Source: a virus
Lineage: Duplodnaviria > Caudoviricetes
Reading direction: 5' to 3' (one strand)
IMG/VR virus record: IMGVR_UViG_3300025018_000091
DNA: 64,000 nt
The first letter of the stretch is position 1; every line of letters starts with the position of its first letter. Positions 37,359-48,621 of the stretch are shown one piece after another. Under the pieces are notes generated by a model. That model made no database searches, was not told the DNA's origin, and saw only the letters and a program-made list of their open reading frames with translations. The translations under genes were made by a program, and so were the position numbers.

Positions 37359-40300
37359 TTATCGGGTATATTGTATGTAGACCTTGCTATTGGCTGGTTT
37401 AAGTATTCTTATAAGCTTTTCCAAAACCTTTTGAACTTTTATACTATCATTTACTATACCAAAAGAATCTATTATGTTGATGGAGAAGTCAAACGATCCT
37501 GTATTTCTGTTAATTATTGTTGTGAAATCTTCATTTTTTATATTTGTGACGTCACTGTCTTGTAAGAAAGTAGTATATAAATCTGCAGTTACTGGATAAA
37601 CAACATTTAAATTACTGTTATAGTTAACATCTAATGGTTCATTAAATGGAGAATATACTGGTCTAGATATATTGCTTATTCTTAAATTGTTCAACAAACC
37701 AAATAGTTTATTAGCTCCAGTATATTGTGAACCTATATGTAATGTATTTATTGGATCTTTAAATCTAATATTTCCAACAATACTAGCTCCATGACCTACT
37801 CTTACGGATCCCATAACAGCTGGTGAGCCTCCAAAAAGAAGACCCGATCCAAACAATATACTAGAATCATTTCCATATTGATATCCATCTAAGAATAGAC
37901 TGATCTCATCTCTACCTTGACCACCATTAAGCTTATAACTTACTTTGATTCTATGCCAGGTGTTTCTTACCCAACGTGTTGGAGCGCGTACAACATAATC
38001 AGTTCCTGATGCTGATATTCCGAAATTAATGTATCCAAATTCATCTTTATATAGAGCTATACGATCTCCCTGAACTCCCTTTGGTAGATATTTAACAATA
38101 ACATGTGATTTTTGAGCTGGTAATTTTTTATTCAATCTAATTACTTGGGTATTTAATGTAACATTATTATTTTGAGTAGTTTGATAAGTTACCGAAACTA
38201 CAGTATTACTAGAAGGTAGGGCTTTATTTAGATATATGGTTTTGTTATCAGTACCAATAGTTCCCTCATTAAAATAATCAACATTAGAATAATCACCAGG
38301 TATTGTAACAGATATCACTTGTAATATTGGTAAATTAACTTGAACTGTAGTAGTGCTTGAACTTGTATATGTTTCTCTTACTGCACGTTGTGTATCTATT
38401 TCAACTTTACCGCCTGCGAAATAATCTATATTAGGATCTCCAGATTTAAGAGTTACACTTAAAACTCTATTTATTGAATTAGATAATTTAACAGACACAA
38501 GATCTGTACTCACAGCTTCCTCAATAATCGCACTGGTAGCATCAAAATAAAATCTTGTAATAGGATCGTTAGCGGTATCATATAGTGGACTAGTCCAGAA
38601 TTCTATAGATCCTTGCTTTCTCGTATCTAAAATACCATCATTAGATAATATCATTGGTTCATGAATTATAGCAAGACTATCATCAAAATTCTCATTTACC
38701 TTAGCAGATGAGTGAAAATGCTGCTTATCTGCGTATGTATTAATATAAAAATCTGCACTATTTGTAAATGGATACTCATCAAAGTTAATTAACATTAAAG
38801 TATCACTATCTTTCTTTAATGGTTTTAATGAGTTAAAATCCTGTGTTACAGATTTTTGATTACTAGTAACTTGTTCACCAACTCTAGTATCTGTTAACAT
38901 GCTCGAATATATCTTAACTTGGTCTATTATAGAGTTTACCTGATTGCTACCAAACATATCTGAGCCTAGATATACATTATCACGGGGCATATCCAATTTA
39001 ATTCTTGCATATGTATGATATTCAACCTCATAAAATCCATGAGATAACAAATAAGGAATGCTGGGCAAAACATTTACTTCTAAAGTAATAAATCCATTTT
39101 GTAAACCACTTCTATAATCATTTACATTAAGTATTTGATAAACACCATCAGTAAATGTAGGTATTGGTGATGGCGGATATGGTCCAACACTAGTTGTTTC
39201 AACAGTAAGTGTAGTTTTATCATCTGAAACTGCTAAAATCTTATAGAAACCGGCAGCAACTAATGGAGATTGAATTACTAAATAATTATCAACACAATGA
39301 TCGTTAAAAGTATAATAACCATCCGTAACAGTATTATCTCCAGAACTATATAATGTAGTTCCTGTTCCAATTTGATAACTATATCTAATAACTGGTACAA
39401 GTCCGCTTGCTTCACTACGAGTAATTGGATATTTTTCTCTTACATCTATTACTAAAGCATTTTTAGAAGAATTAATTGGACGAGCAACTACATTGATATG
39501 ATTTATAGATATGTATAAATTAGAAAAATCCATGGTTCCATAATCAGTAAAATACAATGTTTCACTAACTGTATAATAACTAACGCCACCATTAATAGTA
39601 ACTTCTACTGGTGTTGAAAAATCAGTATTATTTCCAGAAATAGTAACACTTATCGTTCTTCCCTGCTGACTATTAGACGGGTGTGTACATGGGAAATTAA
39701 TAGAATGAAATTCTCCAGCAATAAGTGTAGAATTAGCAGGACCAATTGCTGATGTATAACCATCATTCAATATAAGTTTTGTAATATTGAGTTCATCCAA
39801 AGAAATTGGAGGTGGCATTCTGGTCATTAAGATATTCTCTACCTCATCACTCCAAACATAATATTGTTTTTTAACTTTTCTATGATTTAAACCAAGTGTT
39901 CTAATTAATACTAAATCATCAGCAAAAACAGAATTTGATATTGTTAGAATGTTATTATAATAGCCATCTTTAGATACAGAATATGATGGTCTTGTAGCTC
40001 TCATTCCTGGAATTTCTGTTTCATCATTTGAGTAAATATTAAATGATGCACCAGATAATCCTACTGGTAAATTATCAGTTATTGTAAGAGAATTTCCTGA
40101 GACCTGAGTAATTACATAAGTAACTGGAAGTGAAGAATCATCTATTCTAATAGAATATCCTGCCAATACATCTTCTGTTGTAAAATTTGTTATAGCAGAT
40201 GTAACTATGTTAGTTCCAATTGTTCCTGACAAATCAGAACCGGATAACATTGAACTAATAGTAGTTACCTGAATATTAGGAGCAATATCGATATTAGAAT

Positions 40301-43300
40301 CGACGGTATATTCTGTACGATTTACAGAGAACCTGCCATTTGTTAGTAAATATGGCATTGGTTGTAAGAGCGTTAATGTTTGTCCATATACAGTATCAAT
40401 TGTATATCCAGAAGTATCAAAACCAATTTCATCTATAAAAATTAGATCGCCACTATAGATATTGTAGGCGCTAAAGTTTATACTTGATGTAACAGTATAT
40501 CCATCTAAAATAGTCACTAAATCTGTTCCCGATATAATGTCTCTATTAGATAGACCTAAAATCTCCTCAGGATCTACTGTTCTAAATTTTTCATGTAGAT
40601 ATGGTTGTAGTTTTTGACTAAACTTAATAATATTGGGGACCTCAAAACCATCAACAAATAGATGCATTTCATCTCTACTATTGATTGTATTAAGTTTCCA
40701 TGATACGGCTACATGGTGTTTATCTTGTGCTTTCCATGAAGAAATATCTGTGCTAACTATATAAGGAATCTTATCTTTATCTATTACTCTAAAGTTCAGA
40801 TATCCACCAGAATCTTTAAATATAGATACTCTATTACGTAATGCGCTTTCTCCAAAATCTAATAGATAATGAGGAAAATCAGAAAGGAAAGTAATTCCAC
40901 TATCTAAAGATGAACCTCCAGTAATATTAATTGTAATACTATTGGTACCAGTAAACATACTTAAATTTGATGGTTTAGGAGATACTATGGATTTAGCATC
41001 ATAGACAGTGCCGGGTGTTGTAAGTTTGATTTTATATGTAGAACTTGGAGAAGATACATAACCATCTATTACCTGAATATACCATCTATAAAAATCTCCA
41101 GATGTATCCTTATCATAGTAAATAAATACTCCATCCTTATTTCTATTTGGATAACCATCAAGAATTGTATTCTTATTTATAGTAAATAGCCCATTATTTA
41201 TTACTGGATGTATTTCGGACGTTCCAATAAATATCTCTGAAGAATCTATAGTGCTACCATTTTTCAAGATATTAAATGTTAATTCTGCATCATTATCTAA
41301 ACCATTCCATTGAGGAACAACCCAGGTTTCGAATGATCCTTCTTCTAATTTGATATTAGAATTAATTGGGAAAGTTATTGTTTGATCTGATGAATTAACC
41401 AATACACCATTATTAAATTTAGCTGGTAATAATTGGAATGCTCCAGTAGTTGAAATTCCTTGTGGAGTTAGCAAACTATTACCAAGTGACCATCCAAGAA
41501 ATACTGATTCAGTAATTTCAGGAGTAATATGAGATATAGTCTTTCCAATATTTTTCATAGCAGGAATGGTTGGTCCCTGAATAAATGAAGATAGCGCTGC
41601 CATTAATGCTTCACGATATCTCTCTCTATCAAAATCAATATTAAAAGTAGTTAATTCGGGTATGTCTACTAAATTACCAAAATTCCTATATAAAGCATCT
41701 CTTAAAGCTCCAGCCTTATATGATACATAGTATTCAGTATTTTCTGAAACACTATTGGTTGAGCGAAAATCAAGAACATTGTCCCCATATTCATAACTTA
41801 AAATTATTTCATCAGCTAAATAAGTATAATCAACAAAATAATCACCTTTATTGTAATCTACCATTATAGTAGATAGGTTTTTAATTGTGAATGAATAAGT
41901 AATACTTACAGAGTCTCCTAAAACTGGAGAGCCATAACCAGATAAAATTAGTTTTAATGGATTTCCTGGCACTACAGTTCCAGATGAATCCCATAGTTCT
42001 TGAGAATCAGAAACTCTAATAACACTGAACGTATAAGTAATATTAGAAGAAATATATGGAATATTTTCGTTAATATTGACATAAAAATTAGTTCCATCAA
42101 ATAAAACATTATCAAATATTTGTGAAGACAATGTATCAACAGAGATATTATAATCTGAGCTTATACTACTACTTGCAAAGTTTATTGGTTTTGTACTACT
42201 CTTTAAATCATTCATTTCATAAATAGCGCGAACAAATTTAACTTGATTCGTAACGCCAGAAACAAATGATGAATCAATAAATACTCCTATATCTCCACCA
42301 TATAGATAATATGGAGCAGTTGTGGTACCATTTAGATATAATTCATCGCCATAGTCTAATGTGCTAGGAACTATAGAGCCGTCTTCAAATAATAAATAGC
42401 TAAATGTTTTACTTTTAGCATTTAATGCGCCTATACGATAATAAATATCATCTACCGAAATAAGATGGGGATATGTAGGAGAGATATGATTTGTTTTATA
42501 AGTGATATATCCAACAACATTATCCTGAGATGTAGATACTGCACAATATACAACGCCGTTAACATAATCTATTAAATATTCCCCTATATTTTGCAATATA
42601 TCTAAATTAACCGAAACGGTTTGTCTTCTATCAAACCATCTTTCAGTTACAAATATATTAGATTTTGAAAATACTATTCCAGAATTAAATGCATAACCAA
42701 TTCCGTCCTCTGTCGCAGATACCAGCATGTTGTTGTTTAAAGGAATTTTAAATATTCTTTGAGAGCCGCTGTTTGTCAGAGTGTCCGTGACAAACATCAT
42801 TTCATTAACTTCATCCTTGAAGGTTGCTCGCTCTCCCTCTTGAGCATTTATTCTTGGAGGATTCTGGTATTTGTAATAAATCTTATTATCATTCCATCTG
42901 GTGATATTATAAATTTCACCAGAAGTTTCGTTATAAACTCTAAAAACATTAGTAATTGGATAATTTTCAGTTTTAACTACATTTAAAGCAACTAATCTAT
43001 TATCTGTACGTTCAGACATTGCTTCTTGATGTAGTGCAGATTGGTAATCTACGCCAGGAATAAAAACTTCCTCATATGAGAATTTAACTGTTCCTGAAAA
43101 ATCAACTAAACTTCCATTTGGTAAAGCAACTAACTCTAAAGAATCATAATCATAAACATAATCAATTTCAGATTGATATGTATATCTATACTTATAAGTT
43201 GCTAATGGAGGAAATGCACCAGTACCGTCATTATTTATGTCTGCACCATATACATATACAGTTCCAGTTTCATAATCAATAGAATATTGTCCAATAGATG

Positions 43301-44522
43301 ATGGTAATGCATTCAGCCTAAATGGTATTTCGGATACGAAAGCTGGATGTTTTGTACCAACTTGATTATTATTAGGATCAGTAAATATTACGCCACCTAA
43401 TTTTGGTATTGTATTGTCGATATATATAATTGGCGCGTGTTGTAGATTGAAAACATTAATAATAGGAGGTAATGTCTCGCGAGTAGAATCAAGACTGGTA
43501 GATACTTCAACACTGGTTTCGTCTATAACTCTACCCAAATTCTTATATTCATATGTTACAACAACCTTGAGTATATTTTCTACATCAAAATCAGGATCTT
43601 CAAGTATCGAAGTATTTAATTTTACTTGATTATTACTTAATTGATAATAAGTAGATGAATAATCTTGATCATATCGAGAATCAAAAATTTGATAACCTAA
43701 AGTAGTGATATCATAAGTATAAATAGGATTAGCGCATTGTATTGTAAAAACTATACTACTAACCCTAGTAACAGGATTACTTGATAAATTAAGTACAAAA
43801 GTATTGATATTGAATTTGCCGTCTTCACCTGTGGAATCAGCATATAAAGTTTCTGTTATGCTTTGTTTTTGTAGAGTTATTGGATAACTTGGAAATGTAG
43901 TATATGGAAATGATAATTTGGCATTAGTTCCTGTTGGAGTTCTTGCAACACGAATTAATTTATATGCGCCTTCTTCGTTTAATCTATCGAATGGACCAGC
44001 ACCACGAGTTTTTATCTCATCTTCAACATCAATAGATAAATAATTTTCATTCTTTACTAATCCAATATCATACAATGCTTTGGATAAATTGACAGATAAC
44101 GATTGTATATATTTATTTATTACAGTATTAGTGTCGTCTATACTATAGATATTTTCTCGCAAATAATTTAGTAAATATTCTTTAAAAATATTATCTGTTG
44201 GTAATGGTCCAAGTATTATATATTGATTAGATACACCATCTTCAAGAATTCTAGCATCACCATTTAGTGAAATAAATGGATATATTGGAGTGGATACAAA
44301 TTTCAAATAATAATAGCCATATGGAGTTAAAGGCTGACAAACTATGCTTAATATTTGACCACTTATCTTAATTTCTAATACTTCAGATGTGGCGCTTGTA
44401 TCTGTTTCTGACGTAATTAACACATTATACGTTGATAGTTGAGGGGTTAACTCATGAGTAAATTTCACTTCAATATGAGTGCTATCAACTATTTCAACTG
44501 ATACGATTCTAAGGTTTTGCAT
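37359..44522 (-). CDS. Giant baseplate wedge protein (gp7/P2 gpI-like segment) with Ig-like and LamG-like domains
   Basis: Follows baseplate J; YREALMAALSSFIQGPT (tail protein I-like); GSFETWV..HHVAVSW..LFVDG and GSIEFW..WHRIKVSY..LFLDG LamG patterns; 7 DGY. Confidence 0.75.
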   Translation of the reverse strand: MQNLRIVSVEIVDSTHIEVKFTHELTPQLSTYNVLITSETDTSATSEVLEIKISGQILSIVCQPLTPYGYYYLKFVSTPIYPFISLNGDARILEDGVSNQYIILGPLPTDNIFKEYLLNYLRENIYSIDDTNTVINKYIQSLSVNLSKALYDIGLVKNENYLSIDVEDEIKTRGAGPFDRLNEEGAYKLIRVARTPTGTNAKLSFPYTTFPSYPITLQKQSITETLYADSTGEDGKFNINTFVLNLSSNPVTRVSSIVFTIQCANPIYTYDITTLGYQIFDSRYDQDYSSTYYQLSNNQVKLNTSILEDPDFDVENILKVVVTYEYKNLGRVIDETSVEVSTSLDSTRETLPPIINVFNLQHAPIIYIDNTIPKLGGVIFTDPNNNQVGTKHPAFVSEIPFRLNALPSSIGQYSIDYETGTVYVYGADINNDGTGAFPPLATYKYRYTYQSEIDYVYDYDSLELVALPNGSLVDFSGTVKFSYEEVFIPGVDYQSALHQEAMSERTDNRLVALNVVKTENYPITNVFRVYNETSGEIYNITRWNDNKIYYKYQNPPRINAQEGERATFKDEVNEMMFVTDTLTNSGSQRIFKIPLNNNMLVSATEDGIGYAFNSGIVFSKSNIFVTERWFDRRQTVSVNLDILQNIGEYLIDYVNGVVYCAVSTSQDNVVGYITYKTNHISPTYPHLISVDDIYYRIGALNAKSKTFSYLLFEDGSIVPSTLDYGDELYLNGTTTAPYYLYGGDIGVFIDSSFVSGVTNQVKFVRAIYEMNDLKSSTKPINFASSSISSDYNISVDTLSSQIFDNVLFDGTNFYVNINENIPYISSNITYTFSVIRVSDSQELWDSSGTVVPGNPLKLILSGYGSPVLGDSVSITYSFTIKNLSTIMVDYNKGDYFVDYTYLADEIILSYEYGDNVLDFRSTNSVSENTEYYVSYKAGALRDALYRNFGNLVDIPELTTFNIDFDRERYREALMAALSSFIQGPTIPAMKNIGKTISHITPEITESVFLGWSLGNSLLTPQGISTTGAFQLLPAKFNNGVLVNSSDQTITFPINSNIKLEEGSFETWVVPQWNGLDNDAELTFNILKNGSTIDSSEIFIGTSEIHPVINNGLFTINKNTILDGYPNRNKDGVFIYYDKDTSGDFYRWYIQVIDGYVSSPSSTYKIKLTTPGTVYDAKSIVSPKPSNLSMFTGTNSITINITGGSSLDSGITFLSDFPHYLLDFGESALRNRVSIFKDSGGYLNFRVIDKDKIPYIVSTDISSWKAQDKHHVAVSWKLNTINSRDEMHLFVDGFEVPNIIKFSQKLQPYLHEKFRTVDPEEILGLSNRDIISGTDLVTILDGYTVTSSINFSAYNIYSGDLIFIDEIGFDTSGYTIDTVYGQTLTLLQPMPYLLTNGRFSVNRTEYTVDSNIDIAPNIQVTTISSMLSGSDLSGTIGTNIVTSAITNFTTEDVLAGYSIRIDDSSLPVTYVITQVSGNSLTITDNLPVGLSGASFNIYSNDETEIPGMRATRPSYSVSKDGYYNNILTISNSVFADDLVLIRTLGLNHRKVKKQYYVWSDEVENILMTRMPPPISLDELNITKLILNDGYTSAIGPANSTLIAGEFHSINFPCTHPSNSQQGRTISVTISGNNTDFSTPVEVTINGGVSYYTVSETLYFTDYGTMDFSNLYISINHINVVARPINSSKNALVIDVREKYPITRSEASGLVPVIRYSYQIGTGTTLYSSGDNTVTDGYYTFNDHCVDNYLVIQSPLVAAGFYKILAVSDDKTTLTVETTSVGPYPPSPIPTFTDGVYQILNVNDYRSGLQNGFITLEVNVLPSIPYLLSHGFYEVEYHTYARIKLDMPRDNVYLGSDMFGSNQVNSIIDQVKIYSSMLTDTRVGEQVTSNQKSVTQDFNSLKPLKKDSDTLMLINFDEYPFTNSADFYINTYADKQHFHSSAKVNENFDDSLAIIHEPMILSNDGILDTRKQGSIEFWTSPLYDTANDPITRFYFDATSAIIEEAVSTDLVSVKLSNSINRVLSVTLKSGDPNIDYFAGGKVEIDTQRAVRETYTSSSTTTVQVNLPILQVISVTIPGDYSNVDYFNEGTIGTDNKTIYLNKALPSSNTVVSVTYQTTQNNNVTLNTQVIRLNKKLPAQKSHVIVKYLPKGVQGDRIALYKDEFGYINFGISASGTDYVVRAPTRWVRNTWHRIKVSYKLNGGQGRDEISLFLDGYQYGNDSSILFGSGLLFGGSPAVMGSVRVGHGASIVGNIRFKDPINTLHIGSQYTGANKLFGLLNNLRISNISRPVYSPFNEPLDVNYNSNLNVVYPVTADLYTTFLQDSDVTNIKNEDFTTIINRNTGSFDFSINIIDSFGIVNDSIKVQKVLEKLIRILKPANSKVYIQYTR

Positions 44523-47500
44523 TATCTGGTCTCAGTATTAATGAGTATTGTGTCTGGAGAAAAATACTCGTCTTTTTGTGCTTGTATTATTAGTAATTGC
44601 CCGACATTACCTGCTTTATTAAAATGTAATATTCTTGCTCTAGCTATTCCAGGTACGGCTTGTGCCACATTGATTAATGTTGGAGCATCTACTACCGTTC
44701 CAAGTGATAAAGATGTAAGTGTCGATGTTAATTGGCTGCGTAAATCTTGCAATACAGTATCTTCAGAACTAGTATAATCAGAAGAAATAACAACATTCAT
44801 AGTTAAATCTACCAATACGATTTTAGCCGCCCTAACTAATACGTCCGCATTTATTGGTCTTGTATTTTCGATATTAAACGTAGTGTCGGCAATTAGCTGA
44901 TTATAGTTATATCGAATAGATATTCTTTCATTTTGCTTTGGTGCTAAATAATCATAAAAGATTTTATATCTAGATCCTAAAGCTGGCTGAGTAAATGATG
45001 ACGCAGTAAACCTAGTTGATTGCGACGTTCTAAATCCACTAGAGATATAGATCTTATTAATCAACGCAAACTTCTTATTAGTATATAACGTTCCATTTCT
45101 AGTATAAGATATATTTTCTATATCATTATCTGTTACATAATAAAAAGTTGCTCTTAATTTATCACCAATCATTGGTAAGTTTCTTGTAGATAAATTCATT
45201 GTGTTATTCTGTGTTGATGGTAAAATAAACTCAGAGTTCTGCAATGATGAATCTGCCAATGTATCTAATAAGTATAATAAATTATTTTGTATTGTTGTGT
45301 TTATAACATCATACGTTGATAATGCTGATAATACTTCACTACTATTTGCACTAACAGTTGATACTCTTTCTAATTTGATTAGCTTTGCTAATCTTACATT
45401 AGATGGTACAGATGTAGAAGAACTAATATCTAAAGCTTTACGTAAAGCTTCTGACAAATTTAATTGTAATCCATTAGCGGTTGCAGTAAAGATAATATCA
45501 GTAGCCTTTGTGATAGATGTTCCACTTACAGACATAACTCCAGTGCTAACTACTTGATCAATAGTTGTACAATTCAATCTGGTTTGTGCCCTACGTAAGT
45601 TGTTAAAATTATAGAACATAACAAAAACACCATCATTATTATTAGCGCTAATACTGCTAGGTAACAACAATCTATTATTAGAAATTTGTATTGTTCCTGA
45701 ATAATTCCATATTTCTTTTCCGTCTAAAACTCTAATAATTGAGATTTGATCGTATGTTATATGATCTAATTCATTAGATATCGTTATTTTATTATTTGTT
45801 GAGTTATACGATAAGATATCATATAATCCGTTATTATTTGGATCTGTTGCACCAGAAATTATTAGCTTCTTAGATGTTAAATCTGCTTGTGAAGCAAAAC
45901 TTATGGTAGAACTACTTACAATACCTGTACCAGTTCCTACAGTTAAATATCCATCAGTTACTGAAAATAGCTCTATATCTGTATTAGGTTCTATTATAGT
46001 GAATGTTAAACCAGATGCTTGAGCCACAAATTTATTTATAGATACCATAAATCTACTGGTAAGAGGCTCAATAGATAATGTATCTACTCTATTTTTAATT
46101 ATTATATTACTAAAACTATATGGCTGATATCTTCTTAAATCTGTAGCATAATATACAACTAAACATTTATCATTAAGCGCGGGAATGTTGTATCCAGTAA
46201 AAATAAGCTGATAATTACCCGGTGTACTTGTTGCAATAGTTCCTGGATTTTCAGAGTTCCATAACTCTAGATTATCTGATAACCTAATAACAGAAATTAT
46301 TTGACCAGTAGATAATGAAAATTCTGTACTGTTAATAGCTAATTCTACATAAAATTGACTGCTTAGGTTTTGCTGTACTGTAGCATTTTCTCTTCTAGAT
46401 ATATTTGTAATACTAAAGTTATTAAATCCCGTATTATTTGATAATGTAAACCCATTTCCAGTTCTACTACATGGTAATGATGTTGTGGCTGAAGAAAACA
46501 GATCAGTTACTGCAGCTACATATGTTACTTTTAATAAAATAGATGTGGCTAATGTATCAATTAATGATGCAGGTATAGTTATCTGTGTTCCGCTAATACT
46601 TCCATTAGTTGTGTCAGAATAAAATACATCGATGCTATTCATATAAACAGTTACAATGTCTCCAACTTCTACTACACAATCAGTTGGTAAGATAATAGTA
46701 ATATTATATAGAACTTGAATTCCAACGACAGTTGTTTCATTAATAATAGTTCCATTCCCCTCAGAAGTATTATATAGTTCTATATTGCTATTTTTAATAG
46801 TTATAGAATCTATAGTCTCTGCTGATACTGAATGATTTCTTACTATTACCGCTAGTCTATTAACATATACGCCTGATGTAATAGTTTCTACATACGTATC
46901 TGCACTAACAAATGTTTTTGCGGATACAATTGAGCTTATACTGTGTGTAGATGTTCCTACAAAAAAGTTATTACTAACATTTTTCTCAAACCAAATATTT
47001 TCATCTGTAATCATTGAGGAATATCCCCAATCAACGCTGTCAGTAACTGATCGAGGATTAGATGTATATTCTAAGCCATCATAGTCAGAATATTGATCAT
47101 AAGTTATTATCCAATTATAATCAACCTGTAATACATCGCTTGGAGATGGTAATGTATTTCCTGATATTTTTATTCTACCAGTTGTATTATATGTTCCTGT
47201 AGCATCTAGATTTTGATTTGTGATAATATACCTTTCACCAGTATTAACATTAAATACTCTAGTAACATTTGTTGCAGGATAATGTAATAATTGTATTACT
47301 GACCTATCATAAGTAATTGTACTATTCTCATTATTTATTGAAATAAACTGTTGAGCTTTAGGTATACTTGAAACATCTGGAAAAGATACATTATCTTGAC
47401 CATTAAATTGAGATTTTACCCTATCTTCTTGATATAAAGATACACGATCTGAAATCCAATGAAAAGTATCAAATCCCCAAGGACCACCACTATAAGCCCC

Positions 47501-48619
47501 AGTATCTTTAAGGAGTTCATAATTACCAGAAATACGACCATAGGAATCTACTGTTTTCTCTTTAAAATTTGAACCACTAATTGAGCCTGTAACTTGTAGC
47601 AAATTTTCTACTGGCTGTTTTGGTAAAACTCCATTTGCAATATTATCAAGTCTTTTTCTATTAATAGTTTTATTTTTATCTCCCGTAATCTGTCCTAATA
47701 CAATATTATTTTTAGAACTAGACTGGTCATTATTGTTGCTTTTATCAACATAAATAATACTATCTGTGTTTTCAACTAAAGTAGATCCTAAGACGACAAC
47801 ATCAACTTTTCCACCAGAACCTTCTGACACTACTGTTCTAGAGCCGTCTGCATTAACAGTTACGGTTGTTCCGTCACGAGTCATTAATGAATCACCGGGC
47901 TCAATAACTACAGCATCAGATACTCCTGTTGTGCTTAGCGCTGTATTTAAATATCCTAATGCAGTTCCAACACTAGATCCGCTAAACGCCGCCAATACTC
48001 TGTTTCTAAAAGAAACATCATCTTCTTGGTCTGCGCCGCCGTTAAATGCACTAATATTTGTAACATTACTAACACCAGGAATAGATGTTCTATTCAAATA
48101 ATAACTACCTATATTACCAATTGAACCCGCAGAAGATGCAGCAACAGTAACTTCAACAGCATATTCATCAGAAATTCCTAAAAGATCTAATTGTGTTCTA
48201 TATTTTGTAGCTACAGATCTATAGTAATTAGAAGCTAAAGGAGTAACAGATAAGCCATTTGATACTGAGAAAGAAAATCCATTAGATGCGATTATGACAT
48301 CACCAGAATTAATGTTAACGGGTGCATTTAAGCTAGAAAATGTTAGTAAAGCGATTCCGGATGATGATGTTGATCTTTTTCTTACAATTCCAAAATTTTT
48401 AGCTAATTGGTTAAGTTCATTACCAATAACTAACCTAAAAGATTGTTTATTAGAAATCCCAGATAATTCATCATATAATAAAGATAGCTGCGTTGCCGGT
48501 GCTTCTACAAATAAATCTCTAGCAACAGAACCAGGTGTAATATCTAAATCTGGTTGAGCAATTCTATAAAAATCGATTAAACTTAATATAATCTCATTAA
48601 CGCTACGGATCGTTACCAT
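44522..48619 (-). CDS. Baseplate J-like wedge protein (T4 gp6/Mu gp47-like), greatly extended
   Basis: D..PGSVARDLF, NGGADQEDD..FR.R.L, TALSTTGVSDA, C-terminal LG......LI...Q.VPG; about 800 aa of inserted beta-domains. Confidence 0.88.
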   Translation of the reverse strand: MVTIRSVNEIILSLIDFYRIAQPDLDITPGSVARDLFVEAPATQLSLLYDELSGISNKQSFRLVIGNELNQLAKNFGIVRKRSTSSSGIALLTFSSLNAPVNINSGDVIIASNGFSFSVSNGLSVTPLASNYYRSVATKYRTQLDLLGISDEYAVEVTVAASSAGSIGNIGSYYLNRTSIPGVSNVTNISAFNGGADQEDDVSFRNRVLAAFSGSSVGTALGYLNTALSTTGVSDAVVIEPGDSLMTRDGTTVTVNADGSRTVVSEGSGGKVDVVVLGSTLVENTDSIIYVDKSNNNDQSSSKNNIVLGQITGDKNKTINRKRLDNIANGVLPKQPVENLLQVTGSISGSNFKEKTVDSYGRISGNYELLKDTGAYSGGPWGFDTFHWISDRVSLYQEDRVKSQFNGQDNVSFPDVSSIPKAQQFISINNENSTITYDRSVIQLLHYPATNVTRVFNVNTGERYIITNQNLDATGTYNTTGRIKISGNTLPSPSDVLQVDYNWIITYDQYSDYDGLEYTSNPRSVTDSVDWGYSSMITDENIWFEKNVSNNFFVGTSTHSISSIVSAKTFVSADTYVETITSGVYVNRLAVIVRNHSVSAETIDSITIKNSNIELYNTSEGNGTIINETTVVGIQVLYNITIILPTDCVVEVGDIVTVYMNSIDVFYSDTTNGSISGTQITIPASLIDTLATSILLKVTYVAAVTDLFSSATTSLPCSRTGNGFTLSNNTGFNNFSITNISRRENATVQQNLSSQFYVELAINSTEFSLSTGQIISVIRLSDNLELWNSENPGTIATSTPGNYQLIFTGYNIPALNDKCLVVYYATDLRRYQPYSFSNIIIKNRVDTLSIEPLTSRFMVSINKFVAQASGLTFTIIEPNTDIELFSVTDGYLTVGTGTGIVSSSTISFASQADLTSKKLIISGATDPNNNGLYDILSYNSTNNKITISNELDHITYDQISIIRVLDGKEIWNYSGTIQISNNRLLLPSSISANNNDGVFVMFYNFNNLRRAQTRLNCTTIDQVVSTGVMSVSGTSITKATDIIFTATANGLQLNLSEALRKALDISSSTSVPSNVRLAKLIKLERVSTVSANSSEVLSALSTYDVINTTIQNNLLYLLDTLADSSLQNSEFILPSTQNNTMNLSTRNLPMIGDKLRATFYYVTDNDIENISYTRNGTLYTNKKFALINKIYISSGFRTSQSTRFTASSFTQPALGSRYKIFYDYLAPKQNERISIRYNYNQLIADTTFNIENTRPINADVLVRAAKIVLVDLTMNVVISSDYTSSEDTVLQDLRSQLTSTLTSLSLGTVVDAPTLINVAQAVPGIARARILHFNKAGNVGQLLIIQAQKDEYFSPDTILINTETR

Positions 48620-48621
48620 AA

